This document shows positions 1 to 9,926 of a DNA stretch of 64,000 nt, in pieces; the first letter of the stretch is position 1, and the number at the start of each line of letters is the position of its first letter. The translations under genes were made by a program, and so were the position numbers. Below the pieces are notes generated by a model. The model was not told the origin of the DNA. It made no database searches and was given only the letters and a program-made list of their open reading frames with translations. The stretch comes from an uncultured Gemmatimonadaceae bacterium (GTDB lineage: Bacteria > Gemmatimonadota > Gemmatimonadetes > Gemmatimonadales > Gemmatimonadaceae), in assembly GCA_963781585.1 (NCBI GenBank), contig CAWAGQ010000013.1, forward strand, positions 96,001 through 160,000, given 5' to 3'.

Positions 1-1148
1 CCGCGGATGTCGTTGAACAGCACCGCGACCCGGCGACGCTCTCCCCCCGCGCGTAGGGCGGCAGGGGTGGCCGCAATCTTGGCCGCCAGGTGAGGGGTGA
101 AGAAGCGCTCGAAATTCCCGCGGATCACGGCCTCCTGGCGACTGCGCTCAGCGAACCGGAGGTTCTCGAGCGCGACCGCCCCGATGCCCGCGCACGCCAC
201 CAGAAACTCGAGGTCGTCCTCATCGACCCGCCTCGTCAGAACCGGGCGATCGCCGGCAGTCAGGCTCGCCGCGTACAGAACCCCCAGCACACGCCCTTCT
301 CCGCCCAGCAGCGGCGCACAGACCGCGGACCGCCGCATCGACACCATGGGGATGGTGGTCGCCTCGTCGCTCGGTCGAAAGGTGGCAGAGACTGGCGCGG
401 ACACCGGATGATCGTCGGAGAGAAGGGCGACCTTCTCGCGCACCGCCGTCTGCGCGAGTGAAATCGGCACCGGCGGCTCGCCATGACCCTTGGCCGGTCC
501 CGAGCGAGCCCGCTGCGCGCCCACTCGCAGGTCCCCGTCGCCGTCGGTCAGGAGGACTGCGGCCTGATCGACGTCGAGCATGCGGCAGGTGAAGCCCAGG
601 AGCTGTTCCAGCAGCTCTTCTTCGGTGGGCACCCTGGTCAGCGCCTTCGAGATCTCCAACAACAGGGTCAGCTTCAGCCGGTCGCGCTCCTGCTGCGGCA
701 CCACGACTGCCGTCTCGTCCACGGTCCGCTGCACGCCGCTGGCGCGGAGGGCACGCTCCAGGGTCTGGTCCGCGTCCGGGACGGGTACCTGTCGGATGAT
801 GGTGGTGCCGGCGCGGGCCGCCCGGCGCATCGTTTCGGCCGAGCCGTCGTCGATCAGGACCGGGCTCAGGTCGCGCAGCTCGAAGAGGATCTTGCCGAAG
901 ACGACGCGATCCCCGGCGGCAACGCGGGCGGTAGCCACGCGCTTGCCATTCACGAACGTGCCGTTACTCGATTCCAGATCCCGCAAGGCGACGCCGGTGG
1001 CTTCGACCACGACCTCGGCGTGGCGCCGCGAGACGGTGGGATCGAGCACGGGCAGGTCGCTGCTCAGTGCCCGCCCGAGCACGAGAGTGGAGCCGGCGCG
1101 CAACTCGAACGAGAGCTGGCCGTCGGCGCTGACCAGGCGATAGGGCAT
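1..1148 (-). CDS. FHA-GAF-class III adenylate/guanylate cyclase (3' end outside window)
   Basis: Not in the ORF track; translated by hand from ATG 1148. MPYRLV...LGRALSSDLPVLDPTVSRRHAE...DLESSNGTFVNG gives FHA motifs; a GAF-like middle follows; GGERRRVAVLFNDIRG at the window edge is the start of the cyclase domain. Confidence 0.88.
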   Translation of the reverse strand, partial: MPYRLVSADGQLSFELRAGSTLVLGRALSSDLPVLDPTVSRRHAEVVVEATGVALRDLESSNGTFVNGKRVATARVAAGDRVVFGKILFELRDLSPVLIDDGSAETMRRAARAGTTIIRQVPVPDADQTLERALRASGVQRTVDETAVVVPQQERDRLKLTLLLEISKALTRVPTEEELLEQLLGFTCRMLDVDQAAVLLTDGDGDLRVGAQRARSGPAKGHGEPPVPISLAQTAVREKVALLSDDHPVSAPVSATFRPSDEATTIPMVSMRRSAVCAPLLGGEGRVLGVLYAASLTAGDRPVLTRRVDEDDLEFLVACAGIGAVALENLRFAERSRQEAVIRGNFERFFTPHLAAKIAATPAALRAGGERRRVAVLFNDIR

Positions 1149-1187
1149 CCGTGTTACCAATATACGTCCCGGCGGCGCGCCTGCGGC

Positions 1188-2684
1188 CTATCTTGCCGCC
1201 GCGCGTACGCGACCGAGTGCGAGGAGCAGCGCGCGTGCCTTGTTTTCCGTTTCCTCCCATTCCCGGACCGGATCGGAGTCGGCGACAATTCCGGCGCCCG
1301 CCTGGATGGACGCGATTCCCCCCGCAATGACGCAGGTCCGAATCGTGATCGCGAGGTCCATACGCGCGTCGCCCGATGCGACGTAGCCGACGGCGCCTGC
1401 ATACGGACCGCGACGCTCCGGCTCGAGTTCGTCGATGATCTGCATGGCCCGCACCTTCGGCGCCCCGGTCATGGTGCCGGCGGGAAACGACGCCCGCAGG
1501 GCGTCGAGTGCCGAGAGCCCTTCGCGCAGCTCGCCCTCAACCTGGCTCACGATGTGGAGTACGTGGGAATACCGCTCGACGATCATCAGGTCGGTCACGC
1601 GCACCGTACCGAACCGCGCGATGCGTCCCACGTCGTTGCGGCCGAGGTCCACGAGCATCAGGTGCTCGGCGCGCTCCTTCTCGTCGGCGAGCAACTCGGC
1701 CGCCAGACCGTCGTCCGCCTCGGGGGTGGCACCGCGGGGCCGGGTGCCGGCGATGGGACGGAGGGTAACGCGCCCATCCGAGACGCGTACCAACAGCTCG
1801 GGAGAAGAGCCGACCAGCTCGACGCCATCGAGGACCAGGTGGTACATGTAGGGCGATGGATTGACCGCTCGCAGGGCGCGGTACAGCGACGTCGAATCGA
1901 AGTCGTGCGGCAACTCGATTCGCCGGGCCAGCAGGGCCTGGAAGCAGTCGCCGGCAAAGATGTACTCGCGGATCCGCTCGACGTCGCGCACGAAACGATC
2001 ACGCGGGTAGGTCGACCGGCCGGCCGCCGGAGGCGTGGCCGGGTCGAGGCGGAGCGGCGGCAGAGACGACGGCGCCTGGAGCCGGCGCTCCAGGCTGTCG
2101 ATCTCCAGCACCGCGGCATCGTAGCGGGAGCGGAGATCGGCGTTAGGCGTGCCGGGCGGAACGGGTACCGCCACCACGATTCGACCCTGGCCCCGCAGGT
2201 TATCGATGATGACCAGCGCGCGGGTGAACACGAACAGGGCGTCGGGCACGTCGAGGGCGCGCGCCGGCGCATGCGGCAGCTTCTCGAGGCTGCGCACCAC
2301 GTCGTAGCCGAAGTATCCCACGGCGCCGCTCCAGAACGCGCCCAGTTCCGGGACCTCGGCCGGGCGCTCCTCGCGCAATCGCCGCTGCAGGTCGCCGATC
2401 GGGTCAGCGGTGGGACGCGATTTCTGCCAGCCCCGGTCCGGGGTCCACTCGTCCACCACGTCATCGCGCCAGCGCCACGCGGCGCGGGGTTCGGTGCCCA
2501 GAAAGGTGTACCGCGCCCACGTCTCGCCGCCGGCCGGGGCCGATTCCAGCAGGAACGCGAACGGCGGACGCCGCAATTTGGCAAACACCGCCACGGGCGT
2601 ATCGGTGTCGAGCAGCACGTCACGCCACACCGGAACGAGCGTGCCCTGCCGGGCGAGCGCGCTGAACCGTTCGAACGTGATCAC
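1188..2684 (-). CDS. trpE: anthranilate synthase component I
   Basis: Motifs FLLESA, NPSPYMY, RPIAGTRPRG, KERAEHLMLVDLGRND, FPAGTMTGAPKVRAM, QAGAGIVADS. Likely start GTG 2684; the longer ORF-track start is an extension. Confidence 0.93.
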   Translation of the reverse strand: MITFERFSALARQGTLVPVWRDVLLDTDTPVAVFAKLRRPPFAFLLESAPAGGETWARYTFLGTEPRAAWRWRDDVVDEWTPDRGWQKSRPTADPIGDLQRRLREERPAEVPELGAFWSGAVGYFGYDVVRSLEKLPHAPARALDVPDALFVFTRALVIIDNLRGQGRIVVAVPVPPGTPNADLRSRYDAAVLEIDSLERRLQAPSSLPPLRLDPATPPAAGRSTYPRDRFVRDVERIREYIFAGDCFQALLARRIELPHDFDSTSLYRALRAVNPSPYMYHLVLDGVELVGSSPELLVRVSDGRVTLRPIAGTRPRGATPEADDGLAAELLADEKERAEHLMLVDLGRNDVGRIARFGTVRVTDLMIVERYSHVLHIVSQVEGELREGLSALDALRASFPAGTMTGAPKVRAMQIIDELEPERRGPYAGAVGYVASGDARMDLAITIRTCVIAGGIASIQAGAGIVADSDPVREWEETENKARALLLALGRVRAAAR

Positions 2685-2732
2685 GTCACGCTCGCTTGTT
2701 CGCGCGAGGCCGGACTTCGATATTCGCGAAGC

Positions 2733-4838
2733 ATGGATCGACTCCTCAGGGCAAGAGCCCGATCGAGCCGGGCTGCGACGGTGACCATCGTGGCGACGCT
2801 GATCCTGCCCGCGCTCGGATCGCCGGAAGCGGCGAACGCCCAGTCCTGGAACGACGCGCGCACCCGCGCGCTCGTGACCCTCGCCACCGAGCGACGCGCG
2901 CTGCAACTTGCCGACACCGGGCTCGCCGCCTACGCCGCCACGGCGCACGGCTACCTGACGTTCCTGGCGCAGCTTGGCGAAGGCTTTCCCGATCCGCCCA
3001 AGGTGGTGAAGGCCGACGAGATCGCGCTGGAAGTCTATTGGCGCGCGCCGAACTACAGCAAGCAGGTGATTGTGGGGCGCCGGGACACCCTGGTGCTCCC
3101 CACGGATATCCAGTACCACCGCGATCACCTCGGAATCGTCCAGAACAACTTTCCGGATTTCATCCGGTTGGGAGAAGGGGACGAAGTCCGCGACGTGCCC
3201 CATCCGCTGTCCGCGACGGGCGGAACGGTCTACGATTTCGCCATCAGTGATTCACTCCGGATCGGCATTCCCGGGCGCACCATCGAGGTCTACGAGGTGA
3301 AGTTTCGTCCTCGTGACGACCGTATGTCGGCGGCGGTGGGCGCGGTGTATCTGGCGCGGGAAGACGCCCAGGTCGTTCGCATGGCGTTCTCGTTCACCCG
3401 TGCGGCACTGATCGATCACGAGCTGGAGGACGTATCGATCGTCCTGGAGAACGCGCTTATCGAAGGGCGCTTCTGGCTGCCCCGTCGCCAGGAGATCGAG
3501 ATCCGCCGCACTGGCACCTGGCTCGATTTTCCGGCGCGCGGCATCATCCGCGGCAGGTGGGAGATCTGCTGCTACCGGGTCAATCAGGCGCAGCCCGCGG
3601 CGTTCTTCGCCGGCCCTGAGATCGTGGTCGCCCCGCCGGCGGTCGTTGAGGCGCACCGATGGGAGGGCGCCATCCTCGACTCGCTGCCGACCGACGTTGG
3701 GGTCGCGAGCGAACAGGAGGTCCGGCGCGTCCAGGCCGAGGCGCGCGCGCTGGTGAGCTCGGCTGCGCTGGCGCGCAGCCGGCGGACATCGGTCAGCGCC
3801 CCGCGGCTGTCCGACATCGGCCATGTGGCCCGTGCTGAAGGACTGTCGTTAGGCTTCGGAGTCCGGCGGCGCCTCGGCGCCGGCCTCGATGCCGCCGTCC
3901 TGGCGCGGTTTGGCGTCGGCGATCACGAGCCGAAAGGCAGTCTCGAGGCGGGCTGGCGCAACGGCGCCGGCGATGCCGTTCGCCTGCGCGTGTTTCGCGA
4001 ATACCGGGACGCCGGCGACGAGGCGGAGACGTCGGGGATTCGGAACAGCCTCGCCGCGCAGGAGTTCGGAAGCGACTACTCCGATCCCTTCGACGCGCGC
4101 GGCGCCGAGCTGGTGCTGGAGCGACGGGGACGGACGAACGGGCGCTGGCGAGCGACGCTGGGTTACGAGTGGCACGACTCGGTACGAGTCATGGCGCATC
4201 CCACATTCGGCGCATTCCAACCGGTTCTCCCGGTTGTGAACGCCAGCGGCCCACGGTTGGCCCTGGCGTACGAGAACACCGCGATCGCATGGCCGGCCGG
4301 GCTCTCGGCGCGGGCACGGGTGGACCTCCGCTCGGGGCTCACAAGGTCCCGCGGCTATGAATCGTCCGTCTACTCCCGCGCCTTCGCCGACGTCGAGATC
4401 GAGCGCAAGTTCGGGGAACGACGGCTCGTGTTCCGGGCCCTCGGCGGTGCGGCCGGGAGCGATCGATCGCTTCCGGTGGAGGAGAATCTGTTCGCGGGCG
4501 GGCCGCTGACCGCTCCGGGGTACGAGTTTCATCAGTTCGGATCTTCGCGCCTCGTCGCCTTTCACGCCGAGTGGCAGGTCCCTGTGCCGTTTCCAACCAT
4601 CCCGCTCGGTCGGTGGGGCCGAATCCCGGGACGCGCTTCGATCGTCCCTCTTGGGAGCCTCCTCGGGACCGGACGCCCCGCCGCGCCGCGATTCCTCCGC
4701 GCCGGATGGTACCCGTCTCTCGGACTCGGGCTGCAAACCCTTTTTGACCTGCTGCGATTCGATGTCGCGCGAGGACTTCGCGATGGTCGATGGACGTTCA
4801 GTGTCGACGTGGCTCGGGACTTCTGGCGCATCATGTAG
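2733..4838 (+). CDS. exported protein with a probable C-terminal outer-membrane beta-barrel
   Basis: Signal-peptide-like N-terminus (ANA-QS) and amphipathic beta strands ending LLRFDVARG...WTFSVDV. The upstream part of the 1451-aa ORF is an antisense shadow of trpE and the cyclase. Confidence 0.6.
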   Translation: MDRLLRARARSSRAATVTIVATLILPALGSPEAANAQSWNDARTRALVTLATERRALQLADTGLAAYAATAHGYLTFLAQLGEGFPDPPKVVKADEIALEVYWRAPNYSKQVIVGRRDTLVLPTDIQYHRDHLGIVQNNFPDFIRLGEGDEVRDVPHPLSATGGTVYDFAISDSLRIGIPGRTIEVYEVKFRPRDDRMSAAVGAVYLAREDAQVVRMAFSFTRAALIDHELEDVSIVLENALIEGRFWLPRRQEIEIRRTGTWLDFPARGIIRGRWEICCYRVNQAQPAAFFAGPEIVVAPPAVVEAHRWEGAILDSLPTDVGVASEQEVRRVQAEARALVSSAALARSRRTSVSAPRLSDIGHVARAEGLSLGFGVRRRLGAGLDAAVLARFGVGDHEPKGSLEAGWRNGAGDAVRLRVFREYRDAGDEAETSGIRNSLAAQEFGSDYSDPFDARGAELVLERRGRTNGRWRATLGYEWHDSVRVMAHPTFGAFQPVLPVVNASGPRLALAYENTAIAWPAGLSARARVDLRSGLTRSRGYESSVYSRAFADVEIERKFGERRLVFRALGGAAGSDRSLPVEENLFAGGPLTAPGYEFHQFGSSRLVAFHAEWQVPVPFPTIPLGRWGRIPGRASIVPLGSLLGTGRPAAPRFLRAGWYPSLGLGLQTLFDLLRFDVARGLRDGRWTFSVDVARDFWRIM

Positions 4839-4951
4839 GCAGGCCCACCGGTTAACGGGCGCAGCGCACGCGCCGAAACTATGAAAGCCCAACCGTCCGC
4901 GTTAGCTTCGACCAATCCCCCCTCTCAATCCGCGCGAGCGACTGAAACGAG

Positions 4952-7189
4952 ATGACCGAGCGCTCCATCCGAGATGACTGGCTCCTTCCGACGCTTCAGG
5001 CGTTGATCGATGCCCAGTCGCTCTCCCACTTGAAGCAGCAGGCAAGGGAGAGTCTCTGGGACGCCGCCATCCGACACGGCCTCGTGACCGATGGCGACAT
5101 TCTCGCTGCCTTGTCGGCACGCTTTCGCATGCCAATCGCCGACCTGACGTCCATCACCAGCGAAGCAAAGTCTGTCGTGCCCGAGTCGCTCGCGCGCAAG
5201 TACCGCATCGTGCCCTTGCGCGTCTCCGATTCCGCACTCGACATCGCCACTGCCGATCCGCACGATCTGGATTGCGAGCGCACGCTCGGCTTTGCGACCG
5301 GACGCACCATTCGCATGCACCTCGCCTCGCCGAGCCAGCTCAGCGAGCGCATCGACGACCTCTACCGTCCCGACAACGCGGTTGAAAAACTGCTCGAAGG
5401 GATGACGCAGTACGACGTGCAGTCGATGCTCGACGAAGACGTCCCCGACGAAATGGATGTCTCCGCAAGCAAGGCGTCCGAGCGGCCGATCATCCGACTG
5501 GTCGACCACATCATCGCCGAAGGGATCCAGCAGCGAGCCTCGGACATCCACCTCGAGTCGCAGGAAGGAGGCGCGGTCGTCACCTATCGCATCGACGGTG
5601 TGCTCCGGCAGGCGATGCAGCTGCCCAGGGCCGTCGGCATTCCGCTGGTGTCGCGGGTGAAGATCATGTCGGGGCTGGACATTGCGGACCGACTCCGGCC
5701 GCAGGATGGTCGCGCGCGGGTTTCTGTAAACGGCGCACGCGTGGATCTGCGCGTGTCGACCCTTCCGGCGTCGAACGGTGAGAAGGTCGTCATCCGAATT
5801 CTCGACAGCCGTTCCACCGTCCTCTCCCTCGAGGGCCTGGGCCTGGGCGAAAAGGAACTGGCGCGGGTGCTGCACCTGGTCAATCTGCGCGAGGGAATCA
5901 TCCTGGTGACGGGCCCGACGGGTTCGGGGAAGACGACCTCGCTGTATTCCGCGCTCCGGACGATTCAGGCCCGCGGCGTCAACATCGTCACGGTCGAGGA
6001 TCCCGTTGAGTACAAACTCACCGGCGTGGTGCAGGTGCAGGTGAATGAGAAGGCAGGCCTGACGTTTGCGGCCGCGTTGCGCTCGATCCTTCGACAGGAC
6101 CCCGACGTGGTGCTCGTCGGAGAGATCCGCGACCACGAGACAGCCACAATCGCGACTCAGGCTTCGCTGACCGGCCACCTCGTCCTCTCCACCCTCCACA
6201 CCATCGATGCCGCAAGCGCCGTGGCGCGCCTCATCGACATCGGCGTCGAGCCGTTCAAGATCGCGGCAGCGCTCAAGGGCGTGGTGGCGCAACGCCTGCT
6301 GCGGCGGCTGTGCACGCACTGCAAGATCCCCGCGACCGAGTCCGTTCCGGAGCGACTGCAGCGGTGGATTCCGGAGGGATCCCAGATCTTCAAGGCGGTG
6401 GGCTGCGCGGAATGCAGTAACATGGGCTACCGCGGCCGGATGGCGGTGATGGAGGTCATGATCAGCGACAGCGAGGTCGAGCGCCGCATCGCGGCGGCCG
6501 ATTCCACCGATGCGATCGCCGAAGCAGCGCGCGATGGTGGTATGCGAACCCTGTGGGAATCGGGGGTGGAGCAGGTGTTGTCGGGCACCACCGACATCGA
6601 AGAACTGCTACGCGTGGTGGAGCCTCCCCTCGAAAGCGTGGAAGAGCGCGATCGCAACGGACGACTGTCTGCGGCTCCGGCGGCCGCACCGCGGACGCGC
6701 ACTCCGGCTCCGGCGCCGGCCGTCGTGCGAACCGCAACTCCCCGTGCGGGTCAGTCGTTCCTGCCCGCTGAAGTGCTGGAGCTGGTGGACGACTCAGCGC
6801 ACGGCCCAACGACCAAAGGACCTCGCCACACCGTCCTGCTGGTCGAAGACGAAGAGCCGCTGCGGCTCGTCCTGCGCGATCTGCTCGAACGGGAGGGCTA
6901 CACGATTGTCGAAGCGAGCGACGGTATCCAGGCGCTCGATGAGATCGACCGGAGCGCCCCCGACGCGATCGTGCTTGACCTGAACCTGCCGAGATTGGAT
7001 GGGTATGGCGTACTCAGCCATATACGTGCGCGCGCCGCGACGTCGTCTCTCCCCGTACTCGTCCTGACGGCCAGGGCAGACGAGGACAACGAGGTGCGGG
7101 TATTCGAGATCGGCGCAAACGACTTCATCACCAAGCCGTTCCGTCCGCGGGCACTGAGCGCGCGGCTGAAGGCCCTCATCAAGAAGTAG
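4952..7189 (+). CDS. GspE/PulE/PilB-family secretion ATPase fused to a C-terminal receiver domain
   Basis: RASDIH, Walker A GPTGSGKTT, TVEDPVEY, LRQDPDVVLVGEIRD, HLVLSTLHT, two CxxC pairs. Receiver motifs VLLVEDE, DLNLP, FITKPF. Confidence 0.92.
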   Translation: MTERSIRDDWLLPTLQALIDAQSLSHLKQQARESLWDAAIRHGLVTDGDILAALSARFRMPIADLTSITSEAKSVVPESLARKYRIVPLRVSDSALDIATADPHDLDCERTLGFATGRTIRMHLASPSQLSERIDDLYRPDNAVEKLLEGMTQYDVQSMLDEDVPDEMDVSASKASERPIIRLVDHIIAEGIQQRASDIHLESQEGGAVVTYRIDGVLRQAMQLPRAVGIPLVSRVKIMSGLDIADRLRPQDGRARVSVNGARVDLRVSTLPASNGEKVVIRILDSRSTVLSLEGLGLGEKELARVLHLVNLREGIILVTGPTGSGKTTSLYSALRTIQARGVNIVTVEDPVEYKLTGVVQVQVNEKAGLTFAAALRSILRQDPDVVLVGEIRDHETATIATQASLTGHLVLSTLHTIDAASAVARLIDIGVEPFKIAAALKGVVAQRLLRRLCTHCKIPATESVPERLQRWIPEGSQIFKAVGCAECSNMGYRGRMAVMEVMISDSEVERRIAAADSTDAIAEAARDGGMRTLWESGVEQVLSGTTDIEELLRVVEPPLESVEERDRNGRLSAAPAAAPRTRTPAPAPAVVRTATPRAGQSFLPAEVLELVDDSAHGPTTKGPRHTVLLVEDEEPLRLVLRDLLEREGYTIVEASDGIQALDEIDRSAPDAIVLDLNLPRLDGYGVLSHIRARAATSSLPVLVLTARADEDNEVRVFEIGANDFITKPFRPRALSARLKALIKK

Positions 7190-7260
7190 CGCTTGCATCG
7201 GGAGCACCGATGGAGAATGGGAGCACCGCATAGGTGCTCCCATGTACCGGTGGAGCACGA

Positions 7261-7725
7261 ATGACCGAACTTTCCGTTGGATCGGTAGACGTTTTCGTTT
7301 TGGATGGGACCGGAGATGCGATCAAGGTTCTCATCCTGCGACGGGCTCGCGGCACCCGATGCACCGGAGCGTGGGAAGCGGTCCACGGCCGTATGCAGGG
7401 GCGGGAGCGGCCTGAAGAGACTGCCTTGCGTGAACTGCGCGAGGAAACGGGGCTGGAGACAACTCGGCTGTACAACGTCACCTGTCAGCCCTTTTACCTG
7501 CACCGTGAGCAGACGGTGCTCGTGGCGGTGGTGTTTGCTGCTTTCGTCCGGTCCGAGGCTCCCATCGCGCTCAGCGCCGAACACGACCAGGCGGAGTGGG
7601 TCAGCGTGGCGGAGGCCCTCCGGCGCCTCTCATGGCCCCGCTCGGCCGCGGCGCTCCGCGACGCCGTGGCACTGGTCGGCACAGGCACGGCGGGCGCTGT
7701 CGAGGACGTGCTGCGGGTAGTATAG
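7261..7725 (+). CDS. NUDIX hydrolase
   Basis: Nudix box G-x5-E-x5-ALRELREETGL, the SAEH motif, and GGAG 5 nt before ATG 7261. Confidence 0.88.
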   Translation: MTELSVGSVDVFVLDGTGDAIKVLILRRARGTRCTGAWEAVHGRMQGRERPEETALRELREETGLETTRLYNVTCQPFYLHREQTVLVAVVFAAFVRSEAPIALSAEHDQAEWVSVAEALRRLSWPRSAAALRDAVALVGTGTAGAVEDVLRVV

Positions 7726-7732
7726 GCTCCCG

Positions 7733-8575
7733 CTAGTCCCGGCTTCCGCGATCGCGACTGGGCGAAAGCACGTCGTCGAGTGCCGGTGCGTTCGGCTTTA
7801 CCCGGACGCTCTTCGCGGGAACGCCCACGTTGACGTGGTACGGGCGCACGTCCTTGGTCGCCACGGCACATGCGCCCACCATCCCCTGCACCCCCACGCG
7901 CACTCCCGCGAGCACAGTCGCGTGGTAGGTGATCCGCACGCCGTCCTCGAGAACAGTGGCGGCGTCTGTCACCTCCTTCTGATCCACGATGCTGTGGGTG
8001 TGACTGTAGATGTTCGCATAGTCGCTCACCGAGACACCGTTCCCGAGCACCAGGCCGCCACGGTCATCGAGCAGAACATGGCGATGCACGACGACGTCGT
8101 CGCCGATCTCGAGGTTGTAGCCGAACGAGAACTCCACATGCTGAAAGCACTTGAAGTTCGCACCACAGCGCTTGAAGACGTGGGGCGCCAGCGTGCGGCG
8201 GAATTCCACCCCCAGCTCCACGTTCTGACCGCCAGCCGGAAGACGGTCGAACGAATACCACAGCCAGAGGAGCGGCTTGACGCGCCGGAACTTTTCGTCG
8301 TCGCATTCGGCGTAATATTCGGGCTCCAGCGTGACGTTACGGGGGTCGAGCGCTGACAACGCCAACCTCGTGCCCAGCGGCAACGCGTTGTCCGACACGG
8401 CGCTCTCCCAGTCGCCAGCGAACTGCGGATACGCCAGCTCGCAGAGGGTCTCGCGGCAGAGGCGCGCGCGGTCACAGTTCACGTCGCGCAGCGCTTCGGC
8501 GAGCCGATCGAGCCACTGCCCGGCAACCGGCTGCTCCGTACGTGAGGTAAGAGCTCGTAGGGGACGCCAGACCAT
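7733..8575 (-). CDS. hexapeptide-repeat acyltransferase
   Basis: Left-handed beta-helix repeats LEIGDDVVV, LGNGVSVS, VRVGVQGMVGACAVATKDV and GVPAK. Confidence 0.85.
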   Translation of the reverse strand: MVWRPLRALTSRTEQPVAGQWLDRLAEALRDVNCDRARLCRETLCELAYPQFAGDWESAVSDNALPLGTRLALSALDPRNVTLEPEYYAECDDEKFRRVKPLLWLWYSFDRLPAGGQNVELGVEFRRTLAPHVFKRCGANFKCFQHVEFSFGYNLEIGDDVVVHRHVLLDDRGGLVLGNGVSVSDYANIYSHTHSIVDQKEVTDAATVLEDGVRITYHATVLAGVRVGVQGMVGACAVATKDVRPYHVNVGVPAKSVRVKPNAPALDDVLSPSRDRGSRD

Positions 8576-8648
8576 GATTCGGCTCCTGTTATTGCCTTCG
8601 TTCACCCTGCCGAGCACCACACACGGCGATGCGGCGGGCAACCGCGAC

Positions 8649-9309
8649 TCATTGCGGCTGGGGGTTCTTCCTGATTCCCACTCGCGACCGGACGAGGGCG
8701 CGCTCGCGCTCGATGCGTGCCAGCGCGTTGGACCAATCGCTGTTGCGCGCGGTTTCGTACTGCACGGTCAGCGGCTGGTTCACGTCGATTTCGGGGTCGA
8801 ACACGTACAGTGCGCTCTTCCGCTCCCGTTGCCGCAGTCGCTGCTCCCCGAAGCCTGCCGACAATGGGAGAATCTCGAAGTGGTCGAAAGTCCTGCCCGA
8901 CGCTCGTAACGATGAATTCCATCGGGCTGAAGCGCGTGTCGCCCTGCTCGAGTCCGAAGTACTGGACGTACCACAGGCTGAATGCATTCAGCCCGGTGCG
9001 CCGCGCAACCGCGTCGAGCTCGGCTTTCCGGCTCGCCACAATATCTCGCAGGGCGCGATAGCTGTCGGGCGAAAGCACGCGGATCACGGTCTCGTCGAGC
9101 GGGATCGCACGCACCTGCAGGCCGAGCACCTGCAGGTTGATAGCGATGTCCTCCTGATGCAGGGAGCCGTACCCGGCCGGCACGAGGAACCGGGAAGAGT
9201 CGCTCGATGCGGGCGATGGCGTTTGCGTCGCCGAGGTACCCGTGCCCGCGCAGGCCGCCAGCAGCACGGGCGCCAGCGCTCTGCCGGCGCGGGTCAAGTG
9301 GCTCGCCAC
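8649..9309 (-). pseudogene. hypothetical lipoprotein with an apparent single-base frameshift near 8878
   Basis: Lipobox LAAC. The frame reads ...GQDFRP, then a plausible protein continues in another frame as EILPLSAGFGEQRLRQ... to the stop at 8649. Confidence 0.65.
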
Positions 9310-9926
9310 GCCGGTTGCTCCACCAGGTGCATGATTGCCGCGGCGAGATCGTCGCGCCCGCGTCCGGTCTGCGCGCTCACGGCAAGGACCTGTTCCGGGC
9401 TCAGATCCAGTGCCGTGACAATCTCGCCCACGCGCGCCTCCGCAGCCTGAGGGCGAAACTTGTCGATCTTGGTGATAGCCACGAGGGTCGGAACGCCCAT
9501 CTGTGCGAGGAACTCGAGCATATCCCGGTCATCGACACCGGGCTCGCGCCTCGCGTCGAGGAGGAGGACGATGCCTCGCAGCTGGGACGATTCCCTGAGA
9601 TACGCTTCAATCAGCGGGCGCCATTCGGCGCGCCGCTCCTTCGACACGCGAGCGTATCCGTAGCCGGGCAGGTCGACGAAGACGAACGCGTTGTTGACCC
9701 GGAAGAAGTTGATCTCCCGTGTGCGACCGGGCGTGCGGCTGACGCGGGCGAATGCGCGTCGGCGCACGAGCGTATTCAGGAGAGACGACTTGCCGACGTT
9801 CGAACGACCGGCGAACGCGATCTCGGGAAGCGATGTCGCGGGCTTCCAGCCGCCGGCGCTGGCGGCCCCGCCGAGGAATTCCAGCTCCCGTACCACCAAC
9901 GGATCCCGCATTCCCACGGGGGACAT
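9294..9926 (-). CDS. engB: ribosome biogenesis GTPase YihA/YsxC
   Basis: GRSNVGKSSLLN, DLPGYGYA, TKIDK; directly downstream of lon. Confidence 0.95.
   Translation of the reverse strand: MSPVGMRDPLVVRELEFLGGAASAGGWKPATSLPEIAFAGRSNVGKSSLLNTLVRRRAFARVSRTPGRTREINFFRVNNAFVFVDLPGYGYARVSKERRAEWRPLIEAYLRESSQLRGIVLLLDARREPGVDDRDMLEFLAQMGVPTLVAITKIDKFRPQAAEARVGEIVTALDLSPEQVLAVSAQTGRGRDDLAAAIMHLVEQPAWRAT

Noticed and set aside
483..2732. N-terminal half of the 1451-aa plus-strand ORF
   Set aside because: Antisense shadow of trpE and the cyclase in GC-rich DNA; the real gene starts near 2733.
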